A DNA stretch of 64,000 nucleotides from an uncultured archaeon (GCA_964558645.1 CAZLEV010000003.1:1-64000), one strand, 5' to 3'; positions 47,997 to 57,659 are shown, counted from the stretch's first letter. Translations and numbers: made by a program. Notes: generated from the letters alone by a model not told the origin.

Positions 47997-50600
47997 CTAG
48001 GCGTCACGCCGTCGAATCTCATCTCGCATCTCCTTGAGCCGAAGGAGTGCATCGATTGGAGTGACGCGCTCAAGGTCAAGGTGTCTGATCTGCTCTATAA
48101 TCGGGTCTTCCACCGTGAGTGGTTCCAGAGATGTCTGAACCTCTTGGACCGCATCCCCCTCCGATTCTCCGATTTCAACGCGGTTTTGTTTCTCTAGGAG
48201 ACTGAGTAATTGTCTGGCTCTGTTCACAACGTCTTCAGGTACCCCCGCTAGAGCAGCGACATGGACGCCGTAGCTCTTGTCTGTACCACCCTCGACGACC
48301 TTATGGAGGAAGACGATTGAGTCACCGCTCTCCTTTGCCAGCGTATGCACGTTCTTGACACCGTGATACTTGGAGGCCATATCTGTCAACTGGTGGAAGT
48401 GAGTCGCGAAGATGGTACGCGTCTTCCTCTGTACAATCCGTTCGGCGACGGCCCACGCAAGAGCCATTCCATCGAATGTGGAGGTCCCTCTGCCAATCTC
48501 ATCCAGAACAACGAAACTCCTCTCTGTGGCATTGTTTAGGATGTTCGCAGTTTCTATCATCTCCACCATGAAAGTGCTTTGTCGTGCCGTCAGGTCGTCA
48601 AATGCACCAACTCGTGTGAAGACTCGGTCAATGACCCCTATTCGCGCCTGTTTGGCTGGAACAAAGGAGCCCATCTGGGCCATGATTGCAATGATTGCAG
48701 CCTGTCTGCCATATGTGGACTTGCCGCTCATGTTAGGACCTGTTACGATGAGTAGCGTACAATGCCCGTCCCCCATCTCCAGACTGTTGGGAACAAACTC
48801 GTTTGGCCCTAGAATCATCTCCATGCATGGATGGCGACCATCAATGATTTCGATGCTTGTATCCTCTTTCAGGATAGGCCTACAGTACCTTCTCTTCACG
48901 GCAGTTTCTGCTAGTGCGGCTATGACATCAATTGTTGCGAGGGCGTCGGCGTTGCTATGCAGAACCTTAGCTACTTCACGAACCTTCGATCTCAGCTCTT
49001 CGTACAACTCGTACTCTAGGCTGTTTATCTGGTCCTCACCTGCGAGAACAGAGGCCTCTTTCTCTTTGAGCTCTGGCGTGATGTATCTCTCGGCGTTTGT
49101 CAGAGTCTGTTTCCTATCGTAGTCCTCTGGTACTCGGTTCACGTTTGCCTTGGTCACCTCGATATAGTAGCCAAAGACCTTGTTGTAACCGACCTTGAGC
49201 GACTTGATACCTGTTCTCTTCCTTTCCCTGGCCTGGAGTGAAGCAATCCATTTCTTATCAGATGCAATTGACTCACGGAGCTTGTCCAGTCTATCACTGT
49301 AGCCATCTTTGATTATTCCTCCTTCCTTCACGGTTGTTGGAGGGTCATCAACAATGGCACGCTTGAGTTCTTCGCGAAGCTGATCCAGAGGATCGATTCT
49401 CTCTCTCTCTCGGACGAGGACCTCGCTTGTACACTCCTCGAGAGCTCCAAGGATACGCGGAATTCTCTCTATCACATACCGAAGTGATAGTAAATCTCTT
49501 CCACTCGCAGATCCAAAGGCTATCCGACTCGTTATTCTCTCGAGGTCAGCCACAGGCCTGAGGCTGTCTAAAATACCCTGCCGAACAATTGCAGCTCTTG
49601 ACAATTCCTCCACTGCATCGAGTCTGCCTTCGATTCTATCGATATCAGATAGTGGTTGTAGTATCCACTGCTTTATCTTGCGCTTGCCCATAGCAGTCTG
49701 TGTGTCAGATAGCACAGAGAGCAGGGTGCCCCGTTGAGATCCATCTCTAGCATTCCTGACGAGTTCTAGGTTTCGCTGTGTAGTTGCATCAACTATCATG
49801 TATTCTTCGATGGAGTAGGTCCGAAGGCCCGTAACGGTAGAGGTGTTTGCCTTCAACACCTCATGAAGATACTCCAAGATGGCTCCAGCGGCACCTAATG
49901 CAACCCTCTTATCATGGATGCCATAGCCTTCCAGAGTCTTGACACCGAATTGCTCCTTCACTCTCTGTTCGGCCGTTCTTGCTGAGAAGGCCAAATCGTT
50001 TCTGTAGGTGAGCTTCTCACACACATGCTTCAAGCGTGCTATGAATCCTTGTTTCTTGCCAAATGAATCCGGTAATAGGATTTCGGAAGGTGAGATTCGG
50101 TCAAGTTCGTTGAGAACCTCCTCCGATACGGGATCTCCCTCAATCTCAGTTGCCTGAAACTCTCCCGTGCTGATGTCGATTGAGGCGAGGCCCACCCTGT
50201 CATCATGCTCAACTAACGCCAAGAGGTAGTTGTTCACCTCGTCTCGAAGCATGCTCGGTTCCAGAAGAGTACCCGGTGTTATTACGCGGACCACATCTCT
50301 CTTGACAAGCCCCTTTGCCTGGGACGCATCTTCTACCTGGTCAGCTAGTGCGACTGTATGGCCTCCTCTGAGCAGCTTTGCAATGTAGTTATCAACAGAA
50401 TGATGGGGAACTCCACACATGGGCCACTTATCTACACCTTCTCCGCGCGCGGTCAAGACGATGTCAAGCACCTTGCTCGCGGTCTTGGCATCTTCGTTGA
50501 ACATCTCAAAGAAATCGCCAAGACGAAACATCAGTATGCTATCAGGGTATTGGCGTTTCAGCTCAAGGTACTGACGTTGCATGGGGGTGTATTTGGCCAA
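47997..50600 (-). CDS. mutS: DNA mismatch repair protein MutS (MutS1)
   Basis: 'TPMQRQY', 'FRLGDFFEMF' (F-x-E), 'TGPNMSGKST', 'DEIGRGT', 'SYGVHVA'. Confidence 0.97.
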   Translation of the reverse strand: MAKYTPMQRQYLELKRQYPDSILMFRLGDFFEMFNEDAKTASKVLDIVLTARGEGVDKWPMCGVPHHSVDNYIAKLLRGGHTVALADQVEDASQAKGLVKRDVVRVITPGTLLEPSMLRDEVNNYLLALVEHDDRVGLASIDISTGEFQATEIEGDPVSEEVLNELDRISPSEILLPDSFGKKQGFIARLKHVCEKLTYRNDLAFSARTAEQRVKEQFGVKTLEGYGIHDKRVALGAAGAILEYLHEVLKANTSTVTGLRTYSIEEYMIVDATTQRNLELVRNARDGSQRGTLLSVLSDTQTAMGKRKIKQWILQPLSDIDRIEGRLDAVEELSRAAIVRQGILDSLRPVADLERITSRIAFGSASGRDLLSLRYVIERIPRILGALEECTSEVLVRERERIDPLDQLREELKRAIVDDPPTTVKEGGIIKDGYSDRLDKLRESIASDKKWIASLQARERKRTGIKSLKVGYNKVFGYYIEVTKANVNRVPEDYDRKQTLTNAERYITPELKEKEASVLAGEDQINSLEYELYEELRSKVREVAKVLHSNADALATIDVIAALAETAVKRRYCRPILKEDTSIEIIDGRHPCMEMILGPNEFVPNSLEMGDGHCTLLIVTGPNMSGKSTYGRQAAIIAIMAQMGSFVPAKQARIGVIDRVFTRVGAFDDLTARQSTFMVEMIETANILNNATERSFVVLDEIGRGTSTFDGMALAWAVAERIVQRKTRTIFATHFHQLTDMASKYHGVKNVHTLAKESGDSIVFLHKVVEGGTDKSYGVHVAALAGVPEDVVNRARQLLSLLEKQNRVEIGESEGDAVQEVQTSLEPLTVEDPIIEQIRHLDLERVTPIDALLRLKEMRDEIRRRDA

Positions 50601-50656
50601 ATCGCATCCCTGCTGGCCCGCTCTTGAAAAACTACTCTAATAATCGCATCGGAATC

Positions 50657-51313
50657 TTATGCCCCGGTCGCGAGTGCCAACACCACTAGTATCGCGATTG
50701 TGAGGACTCCCGCTGCAATAGTTCTCATAGTGTTTTTCAGGATACTATCTTCTCCTATTCTCGCATAGTATGATCCCAGGATGATAAGCATCACAAATCC
50801 AACCATTAGAGATGCATAGAAAGACTGCACGTATGTGAGCACACCTATCAGGGGCAGGAGCATGGGGCTGAGTGTCGCTAATGCTGTCAGTGAAGGAACC
50901 GCCCCATCTAATAGCGCGATATAGAGTGTTGTATGGTGTTCTGCTCGGACTATGACTGAGTGGCTCAGTCTGGTACGCCCTGTTTCTTCAAGTTCTGATA
51001 CAATCTTCTTGCCCTCAGCAGTCTCGGTCAGGTATGCTGCAAAGAAACCCTCAACAAAGAAAGCTATAGCAGTACCTACCGAACCTAGAACCGTTGCTTC
51101 ATAGAAGAGACTGAATTGCAGACTGTGAGCCGTGATGATGCCCGCAGTCGCGATACCGAGAATTGGAAGGACACCACGGAATATGTCCATTCCAACATGG
51201 CGCCGTGCGACCTCTGCTCTGTGGGTGAGGTTGAGTTCATCGACGATCTGTTTTAGCCGGCTGTGTTTTCCGTTCTCGTCGTAGCCGAATGGATAGTCGC
51301 ATTGCTCATTCAT
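50657..51313 (-). CDS. VIT1/CCC1-family membrane protein (divergent)
   Basis: 5 TMs, 'ARRHVGMDIFRGVL', 'AYLTETAE..ELEE'. Layout of archaeal VIT-family proteins. Confidence 0.65.
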   Translation of the reverse strand: MNEQCDYPFGYDENGKHSRLKQIVDELNLTHRAEVARRHVGMDIFRGVLPILGIATAGIITAHSLQFSLFYEATVLGSVGTAIAFFVEGFFAAYLTETAEGKKIVSELEETGRTRLSHSVIVRAEHHTTLYIALLDGAVPSLTALATLSPMLLPLIGVLTYVQSFYASLMVGFVMLIILGSYYARIGEDSILKNTMRTIAAGVLTIAILVVLALATGA

Positions 51314-51603
51314 GAAACATCACTATACTCTTTCTGATTCCTGTCTTATGTCAGACCGTAGCAGGATTTTTTCGAGTGCTCTCCAGTTGGTTTCTTATCT
51401 CCACATGTCTGTTAATACCTGATATACTGTCGGGAAATGCCTAATTTCACCGTCAAACGAAATTGCAATCTGATTCTTGCCAACCGTGGCACATATCATC
51501 AAAATGCCCGGTTTTTCGGGTATATCAAGGTTATGTCGACGGCCAGATGTTGGTCAGGGGACATACTGATATGGCCAATCGCACCTGTCAATCTTGAACT
51601 GAT

Positions 51604-52002
51604 TTGCGGATATTCGATAGCTCAGGAAGCGCAATAGGGCACATAGAAGGCCCATTGATCATGGATGGTTCTCGAAACGTATTGGGTCGTCTCTCTCGGT
51701 CCGGTGTTGTATCGACTAGAAGAGGTAGTACTCTGGGGAGGGTCTTCAAACAATCTGTAACTGACGCTACGGGTGTTTCAGTTGCTCGATACAGTGCCTC
51801 TTCGGCAAAGAATAGCGATGGCTCAGTGTGCTTCCAATTCAAGCATGATAGGATTCTCACACCAGATGGTCTCACGCTATTCAGAGCTGACAAAGGCCTA
51901 GAAGAAATGTTGGAGTCGGTAGCTGCGTGGCTTGTGTTCTTTTCGGAACACTGGCAGCCTACAGTCTCTGCGGCTACCGCGAGCATGGCAGATGACCGCT
52001 AG
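51604..52002 (+). CDS. Hypothetical protein with short beta-hairpin repeats
   Basis: Repeating 'I.D.SG..IG.I' units (IFDSSGSAIGHI, IMDGSRNVLGRL, VTDATGVSVARY). Confidence 0.55.
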   Translation: MRIFDSSGSAIGHIEGPLIMDGSRNVLGRLSRSGVVSTRRGSTLGRVFKQSVTDATGVSVARYSASSAKNSDGSVCFQFKHDRILTPDGLTLFRADKGLEEMLESVAAWLVFFSEHWQPTVSAATASMADDR

Positions 52003-52046
52003 TCTTGAAGAAAACACCTTTCGGACTGTGCGACGAATCCGTTCCT

Positions 52047-53387
52047 TTACAGACGCCCCCAGAACTCATCTGTTCGCTTTTGCCTGCCAAATCCGAGCAT
52101 ATCATCAAATGCAACTATCAGTCTGTGCAGCCATGGAAACCGCTCTACAATGAATGTGACAGTTTTGTGAAGCCAGCCATTTCTCTTATTGAACGGGCAA
52201 GATCGTATGCAGTTGGAGCAATCGCATCCATTCTCAATCCAGAAGTTGTAGCAGGATTCGACATCAACGTACCACTTCTTTGCACCCGGATTGTTCGATT
52301 TGCTTTGTCCTGTCCAAGTTCTCTCTCTTTCATACGGGATTGACTGAGATGGACACATCTCTGCACATTTGCCACATATCTCACAGAATCGAGTCACCGC
52401 TTCGCAGAATCTTGTGTCGATTCGGCTGGGGACAAGTGGCATGTCAGTCAGCACCTTGGCCAACCTGACTCTTGGGCCATATTCTCGAGTTATCAGCAGT
52501 CCATGTCTGCCGTACTGCCCCAACCCAGCATCGATCGCAAGCGGAACGCTGAGTGCTATATCATTTCCACAGGGCACTGCTCGGTAGCCAAGTCTTCGCA
52601 ATAATGCAGAGACCTCGGTTTCCAAGAAGGCCATCCATGAGTAGCCCAATCCCGTCTCTGCGGAACTCGTGAAACTTGGGGACGTGGCTATGGCGTCATA
52701 GTTCATCTCTATGGCCATAACAATCGCATACTCGATCCCATCCGGAATATCGAATGTGTTACCTTCTCTGTCAGTGGAGTATATCCAGCGTTGATCAATC
52801 TGTGTTATCCCAACCAGATCTGCACCAAGAAACTTGGCGGCCCGTTTCACCATACTGGTGAGTGTCAATGGGCTAGCCTCTCTTCTTGTTCCTCTCTTGG
52901 TGCCCCTCGAGTCTTGTTCTATGATCTTTCGTTTATCATAATACTCCCAAGCGGCTCTTGTTAGTTCGTGCTCAAAGCGCGAGTATCCGGAAATCTGCCG
53001 AGAGATCATCTCGTCAGCACCGAAGAATTCTGACTTGCGGTGGTTCTGAAAGGTTGGATCGTTGTGTACTCTTGCAAAGACCATGTCAGACTCGGGAAAC
53101 CGTTTCAGCCGACTCGAGGTTTCATAGACTGCTATATCTCTGTCATCAGGTAAGAAAACTGATCTCTGAGACGGCGACTCCTCAGCTCGATTGTCTATCA
53201 GGATGGCATCAAACGGGCACGCTCTAGCACAGGCGAGGCAATTTGTGCACCTTGCTTGGTCAATCACGGGAAGTAGCGATTTCTCCTCCGCAACTAGGGG
53301 GGATTTCTCTCCATGGATATTCTGACAGGCATCTGCACATTCATATTGACAGTTTCTTGGGGCGCATCTGCTCGTATCGATCCTCAT
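52047..53387 (-). CDS. rdhA: Reductive dehalogenase-family protein with extra N-terminal 2x[4Fe-4S] domain
   Basis: 'VKRAAKFLGADLVGI', 'VPLAIDAGLGQYGRHGLLITREYGPRVRL', 'FCEICGKCAEMCP', 'C..CSNCIRSCPFNK', C-terminal 'DDMLGFG'. Confidence 0.85.
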   Translation of the reverse strand: MRIDTSRCAPRNCQYECADACQNIHGEKSPLVAEEKSLLPVIDQARCTNCLACARACPFDAILIDNRAEESPSQRSVFLPDDRDIAVYETSSRLKRFPESDMVFARVHNDPTFQNHRKSEFFGADEMISRQISGYSRFEHELTRAAWEYYDKRKIIEQDSRGTKRGTRREASPLTLTSMVKRAAKFLGADLVGITQIDQRWIYSTDREGNTFDIPDGIEYAIVMAIEMNYDAIATSPSFTSSAETGLGYSWMAFLETEVSALLRRLGYRAVPCGNDIALSVPLAIDAGLGQYGRHGLLITREYGPRVRLAKVLTDMPLVPSRIDTRFCEAVTRFCEICGKCAEMCPSQSIPYERERTWTGQSKSNNPGAKKWYVDVESCYNFWIENGCDCSNCIRSCPFNKRNGWLHKTVTFIVERFPWLHRLIVAFDDMLGFGRQKRTDEFWGRL

Positions 53388-53438
53388 TGAATGTTTGCCC
53401 TCCTCTGGAGTCCCCTACAGGGCAGCATAGTCAATGAC

Positions 53439-54875
53439 CTATTTCCCGTCATTTCTGAGTTTCGACCTCGTCTGACTGAGTTTGAGTGCATTGGCCAAGG
53501 CTCTACCGGCTCTTTGAGGGCTTGAAAAGAACGGAATACCCCCCTGTTCAAGAATTTCAACCTTTGGTGGTGCTCTGTCCTGGGGAGAGTTGAGCACACT
53601 GACAACCAGTTTCTCCCACCTGTTCGTGACTTCAACAATCCTCTCTACTGGCATCCCTCCACCGATTCCCTCTTGGTAGTTTGGTGAGAAGACGGTTAGT
53701 AGAGCATCATACTCAGGCCTTTCGGCTATTATCTCAAAGGCCTTGGCAAAAACATCTGGTTCGGCCCAACCCTTGGCAAGGAGATCTATGGGATTCTTGA
53801 TGGGCACATGTACGGGCATTTCCAGGAGTTCTTCAATCCTGACCGCTGTATCACTATCCGGAACGGGCAATTCCATTCCATTCTCCTCCAATGTCTGTGC
53901 AGCAATCAACGCAATCCCCAGACTGTGGGTTATCACCGCCACCTTGTTGCCTATGGGTATTGACTTGGCTGTCGAAACAACCTTTGCTGTATCCATCATG
54001 TCTACTATGCTCGGGAGTTCTAACGCACCAGCCTGCTTGATTGCGGCAGAGTATATTTCTGCCTTGCCAGCCATACTCCCTGTGTGACTCAGCGCCGCTT
54101 CTCTTGATGCAGGTGTCTTGCCGACCTTGAACACAAGAACCGGTTTCTCTCGGGTTGTCTTGCGCATCTCCGAATACATGTCCCTTGCCTTTTCTGTTCC
54201 TTCAATGAACATACATATAGTACTGGTCTCTGAGTCATCTCGGAAGTATCGGAGAAGATCTGCAAAGTCTATGTTCACACGGTTCCCGACGCTCGCGAAT
54301 TTTGATACTCCCAGTCCATTGTCCGATGCTCTGTATAGCATGAGGCCGGATACACCGCCGCTTTGACTCACAATGGCAACAGACCCTTTTCGCAGGCCTA
54401 CAGGGTGTGGGAAGAACGTGGCGTTAAGATCTAGGTTCACATTTCCAGCCCCAAGGCAGTTGGGGCCAATTACTGCAATCTTCCCCGAATCTGCAACACT
54501 CTGAAGCTCACGTTGAGCTTTAGCACCTGCCTTGCCGAGCTCCTTAAATCCCGCTGAGAAGATGATTGCTCCGCCGACGCCTGCATCGGCGCACTCCTGC
54601 ATGGTCGGAAGTATGTGCTTCGGGCCAAGAGCTATGATTGCAAGATCTACCCTTTGACCAATCGCACCTATCTCAGGGTAGCATTCTAGGTGTCCAATCC
54701 TGTCTAGCCGCGGGTTGACAGGGAACACTTTGCCTCTGTAGTCTGATAGAGCAACAAGAGTGAGAGCCCCGAGTTTTTCGGCCTTGTCCGAAGCCCCAAT
54801 CACTGCAACCGAATCTGGATTGAAGAGCCTGTCAAGCGAATCATTCTTCCACATGAGTCCGTCTCCATCTCCCAA
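53439..54875 (-). CDS. acdA: ADP-forming acyl-CoA synthetase alpha subunit
   Basis: 'SVAVIGAS', 'GPNCLG', 'SQSGG', phospho-His 'SHTGSMAG', 'NPIDL'. Confidence 0.85.
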   Translation of the reverse strand: MGDGDGLMWKNDSLDRLFNPDSVAVIGASDKAEKLGALTLVALSDYRGKVFPVNPRLDRIGHLECYPEIGAIGQRVDLAIIALGPKHILPTMQECADAGVGGAIIFSAGFKELGKAGAKAQRELQSVADSGKIAVIGPNCLGAGNVNLDLNATFFPHPVGLRKGSVAIVSQSGGVSGLMLYRASDNGLGVSKFASVGNRVNIDFADLLRYFRDDSETSTICMFIEGTEKARDMYSEMRKTTREKPVLVFKVGKTPASREAALSHTGSMAGKAEIYSAAIKQAGALELPSIVDMMDTAKVVSTAKSIPIGNKVAVITHSLGIALIAAQTLEENGMELPVPDSDTAVRIEELLEMPVHVPIKNPIDLLAKGWAEPDVFAKAFEIIAERPEYDALLTVFSPNYQEGIGGGMPVERIVEVTNRWEKLVVSVLNSPQDRAPPKVEILEQGGIPFFSSPQRAGRALANALKLSQTRSKLRNDGK

Positions 54876-54925
54876 GCGGCCTCAACTGGATAACTGCCAC
54901 AAGGGGGCTACGCAGAGAGCGGGGG

Positions 54926-55840
54926 CTACTTATCCTCTACGGTCTGTAGCATACTCTTGATCTTTTTAGTCACAATCTCTGCCAGCTCAAGAGACACAGA
55001 CCGATAATCGTCAAGACCGAGTCTGGCTACACTCCCACTTTCTGCTTGTTGTCTAAGGTAGTATTGGATTTCTCTTGTCGCGTTGAATTCATCAAGTCTT
55101 TGTTGAGAGCTGCCCTGCACGCTTCTTAGACCGGTTGCAGAGAGCTTGGTAAGGAACATTGACCTATGAGTCTCCTCTGAGGGGTCTACTAGTATATCTA
55201 GGACACCCTGCGATAGATGTGAATACCGGCTTGGCTCAATATGGACCCCTTCGACAATCGAATGTATCCCCTCACCGAGAATGCGTTGTATCGTGGATGA
55301 GATATCTTCCCTCATCAACTGGCATTGCGCCAGATATCCGCGTACAACTGGCGACAGACTCTTGGCTCCTTGCTGCCTGAATTCGTAAGCCTGATAGGTA
55401 TGCACAAATAACTCCGGGTGAATGGACTCGTCGGATCTGGTTCGAAGCAGTTGGCGGACTGTGTCTGTGCTTATGATCCTAGTTATCGCTAGCAGCTCGA
55501 TTGCCATCAATGCAACCATGGATTTTCCAGTAGCAGATGCACCCTCAATCATTAGTGTCAGGGGAGGTACTTTGCCTTCCCGGCGAAGGGCTTCATAGCG
55601 AAAAAGCATCTCAAGCAAATCGGCATATTTCGCGTTAAGTCCTGAGGCCTTCGTCTTCAGTTCCTCGATGAGGTTCATCTCTGATTCAATAACACTGCCC
55701 CTATGTACGGAGAGAATTTCGTCGAGTACTCGCTCGCATTCAAGTCGGTTCATGCCAGCAAGAAGCAGCCAGCCCCGAAGTGGAGCAATAGGATAAGGAA
55801 TGATCTCATCTTGAAACGCCACACGCAATAGGCACACCAC
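54926..55840 (-). CDS. 2-phosphoglycerate kinase-like P-loop kinase
   Basis: 'IEGASATGKS', 'ISTDTVRQLLR', 'IVEGVHI'. Confidence 0.7.
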   Translation of the reverse strand: MVCLLRVAFQDEIIPYPIAPLRGWLLLAGMNRLECERVLDEILSVHRGSVIESEMNLIEELKTKASGLNAKYADLLEMLFRYEALRREGKVPPLTLMIEGASATGKSMVALMAIELLAITRIISTDTVRQLLRTRSDESIHPELFVHTYQAYEFRQQGAKSLSPVVRGYLAQCQLMREDISSTIQRILGEGIHSIVEGVHIEPSRYSHLSQGVLDILVDPSEETHRSMFLTKLSATGLRSVQGSSQQRLDEFNATREIQYYLRQQAESGSVARLGLDDYRSVSLELAEIVTKKIKSMLQTVEDK

Positions 55841-55888
55841 TTCCCGTCCGGTCTATCCTCATTCAAAAGGTATTCGGCATGATTGCTA

Positions 55889-56362
55889 TCAGAAGTCCTT
55901 CTGCACACAATACCCTCTATTCTCCCGAGCGGGTCGTCCCGAGAAGGTTCTCCCTATGGTTGCTCCCTTCTTCTTTGTGCCTTTCCAAGCGAACGGTTTG
56001 CTCATGTCTCTGGAGGAGACTGGTGAGAAGCGAGAGTTCATGAGGGAACGGATAGTACCGTCAGGACCCTTCTTCAACTGCATAGCCTCATTGTATACGC
56101 CCACATGGGCGTTGGTCAGAAGATAATGGTGCCCCCTCTCAATCAAGTCGATGTCGTTATCCCATAGGACAAGCTCTATACGTCCTGTAGTGTCTGCAAT
56201 TCTGGCTACTGCTACTCGATGGTGTCGTCCAGTTCTTTTCGAGGTAACAACTCGGTGTCCATTGATATCTAGTACCTTGAACCTGATCCTGAGAGACGCC
56301 ATAGAGGGTTGCAGCTCTCCGATAGTGGTAGCCTGCTTCTGCTCAGTGAGGTGTTCGTTCAA
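55889..56362 (-). CDS. Single OB-fold ssDNA-binding protein (SSB/RPA-like)
   Basis: 'IGELQP', 'IADTTGRIELVLW', basic unstructured tail. Confidence 0.8.
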   Translation of the reverse strand: MNEHLTEQKQATTIGELQPSMASLRIRFKVLDINGHRVVTSKRTGRHHRVAVARIADTTGRIELVLWDNDIDLIERGHHYLLTNAHVGVYNEAMQLKKGPDGTIRSLMNSRFSPVSSRDMSKPFAWKGTKKKGATIGRTFSGRPARENRGYCVQKDF

Positions 56363-56591
56363 ACTACTCTATTCCTGCTGAGATACTGTATCTCTAGATG
56401 ATAGATAAGCACCACAAGGAATCGAATGGGAATACACTTGACATATCTTCTGGGTATTGTGTTCGATTTCGATACGAATAGATGCAGTCCTTTCCAAACC
56501 GATAGAAAAAACATCGAATATGTATGTTTGCGATTCCCTAATCCTTATTGGGAAACTTACAATCCGAAACCCGGACGATAGACAAGGACTG

Positions 56592-57659
56592 ATGAGAATG
56601 TGTCCCTCATATGTGATGAAACAAGATGATATCACCAAGCTGATCGAGTCTGTAAAAGACAGCTTCGATATCTTTGGTCCGGTCAAGAAGCGCACCAAGC
56701 ACGTCTTCGATAAGATTGATGACCCTGCGCAGATTGACATGGCCTATGACAGTACAATCCTGTCACCTAGGAAATTCTTCCAACCACCCAGTGAGGTCAT
56801 GATGACTTTCAATCTGGAAGATAAGAATGTCGAAGACACCCTCAACGCCCTTAGGGCGGAGCGCCCCCGACTGATTCTTGGTGTTCATTCGTGTGACCTC
56901 AATGGCATTCTGCTTCTTGACAAGGTGTTTGGGGGGCAGTATGTGGATCACTATTACAGGATACGACGAGAGAACACCACTCTGGTCGGCCTTAATTGTC
57001 TGGAGCCTTGTGAATATGGCTTCTGCCGATCGATGAACACACATCATGTGATTGAAGGATACGACCTGTTTCTGACGCCCATAGATGGCGACCGGTATTT
57101 CGTCCAGGTGGGAACCGCAAAGGGTGAACACCTCATCCACATGGCGGAGGATCTATTCGAAACGGCTAATGAGAACGATATTCAATCCTTCAAAGATGCT
57201 CTAAAGCATAAACAGGAATCTCTTCCTCATGAGCTAGACCTAGAGGGCATAAATGAATACCTCGACCTCTCTTTCTCGCATCCTATATGGGACGAGATAG
57301 CTGAAGACTGCGTCAATTGTGGAGCCTGTGCAATGGTGTGTCCCACTTGTTACTGCTATGATGTTATCGACGAGCTTGACATCTCTCTTACCTCGGCTGA
57401 CAGAACACGCAAATGGGATGCCTGTCTGTTCCAAGAGTTCGCTCTTGTGGCAGGAGGACATAATTTCCGAGATACACCTGCAGCTCGTCTCAAGTATCGG
57501 TTCTATCACAAGATGCGCGGCTTTGCTAACGAGCACGGCATCATTGGATGTACGGGATGCGGTCGATGTACCGCTGCTTGTCCGAGTGATATTAGCATCA
57601 AAGAGGTTCTGAGAGAGCTCTCCACCCTCTGGGAAGTCCCATTGAGTGAGGTGAAGTAG
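56592..57659 (+). CDS. Group 3b [NiFe]-hydrogenase (sulfhydrogenase) beta subunit, Fe-S protein
   Basis: 'GVHSCD', 'CVNCGACAMVCPTCYC', 'CTGCGRCTAACP'. Start is probably ATG 56592 or 56598; the ORF track starts at 56457. Confidence 0.9.
   Translation: MRMCPSYVMKQDDITKLIESVKDSFDIFGPVKKRTKHVFDKIDDPAQIDMAYDSTILSPRKFFQPPSEVMMTFNLEDKNVEDTLNALRAERPRLILGVHSCDLNGILLLDKVFGGQYVDHYYRIRRENTTLVGLNCLEPCEYGFCRSMNTHHVIEGYDLFLTPIDGDRYFVQVGTAKGEHLIHMAEDLFETANENDIQSFKDALKHKQESLPHELDLEGINEYLDLSFSHPIWDEIAEDCVNCGACAMVCPTCYCYDVIDELDISLTSADRTRKWDACLFQEFALVAGGHNFRDTPAARLKYRFYHKMRGFANEHGIIGCTGCGRCTAACPSDISIKEVLRELSTLWEVPLSEVK

Noticed and set aside
52047-53387. Epoxyqueuosine reductase QueG as the identity of the B12/Fe-S protein
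   Set aside because: It lacks the QueG YA.G.DYH motif and has the RdhA-type C-terminal WLH..DD.LG.G tail; a tree is still needed.
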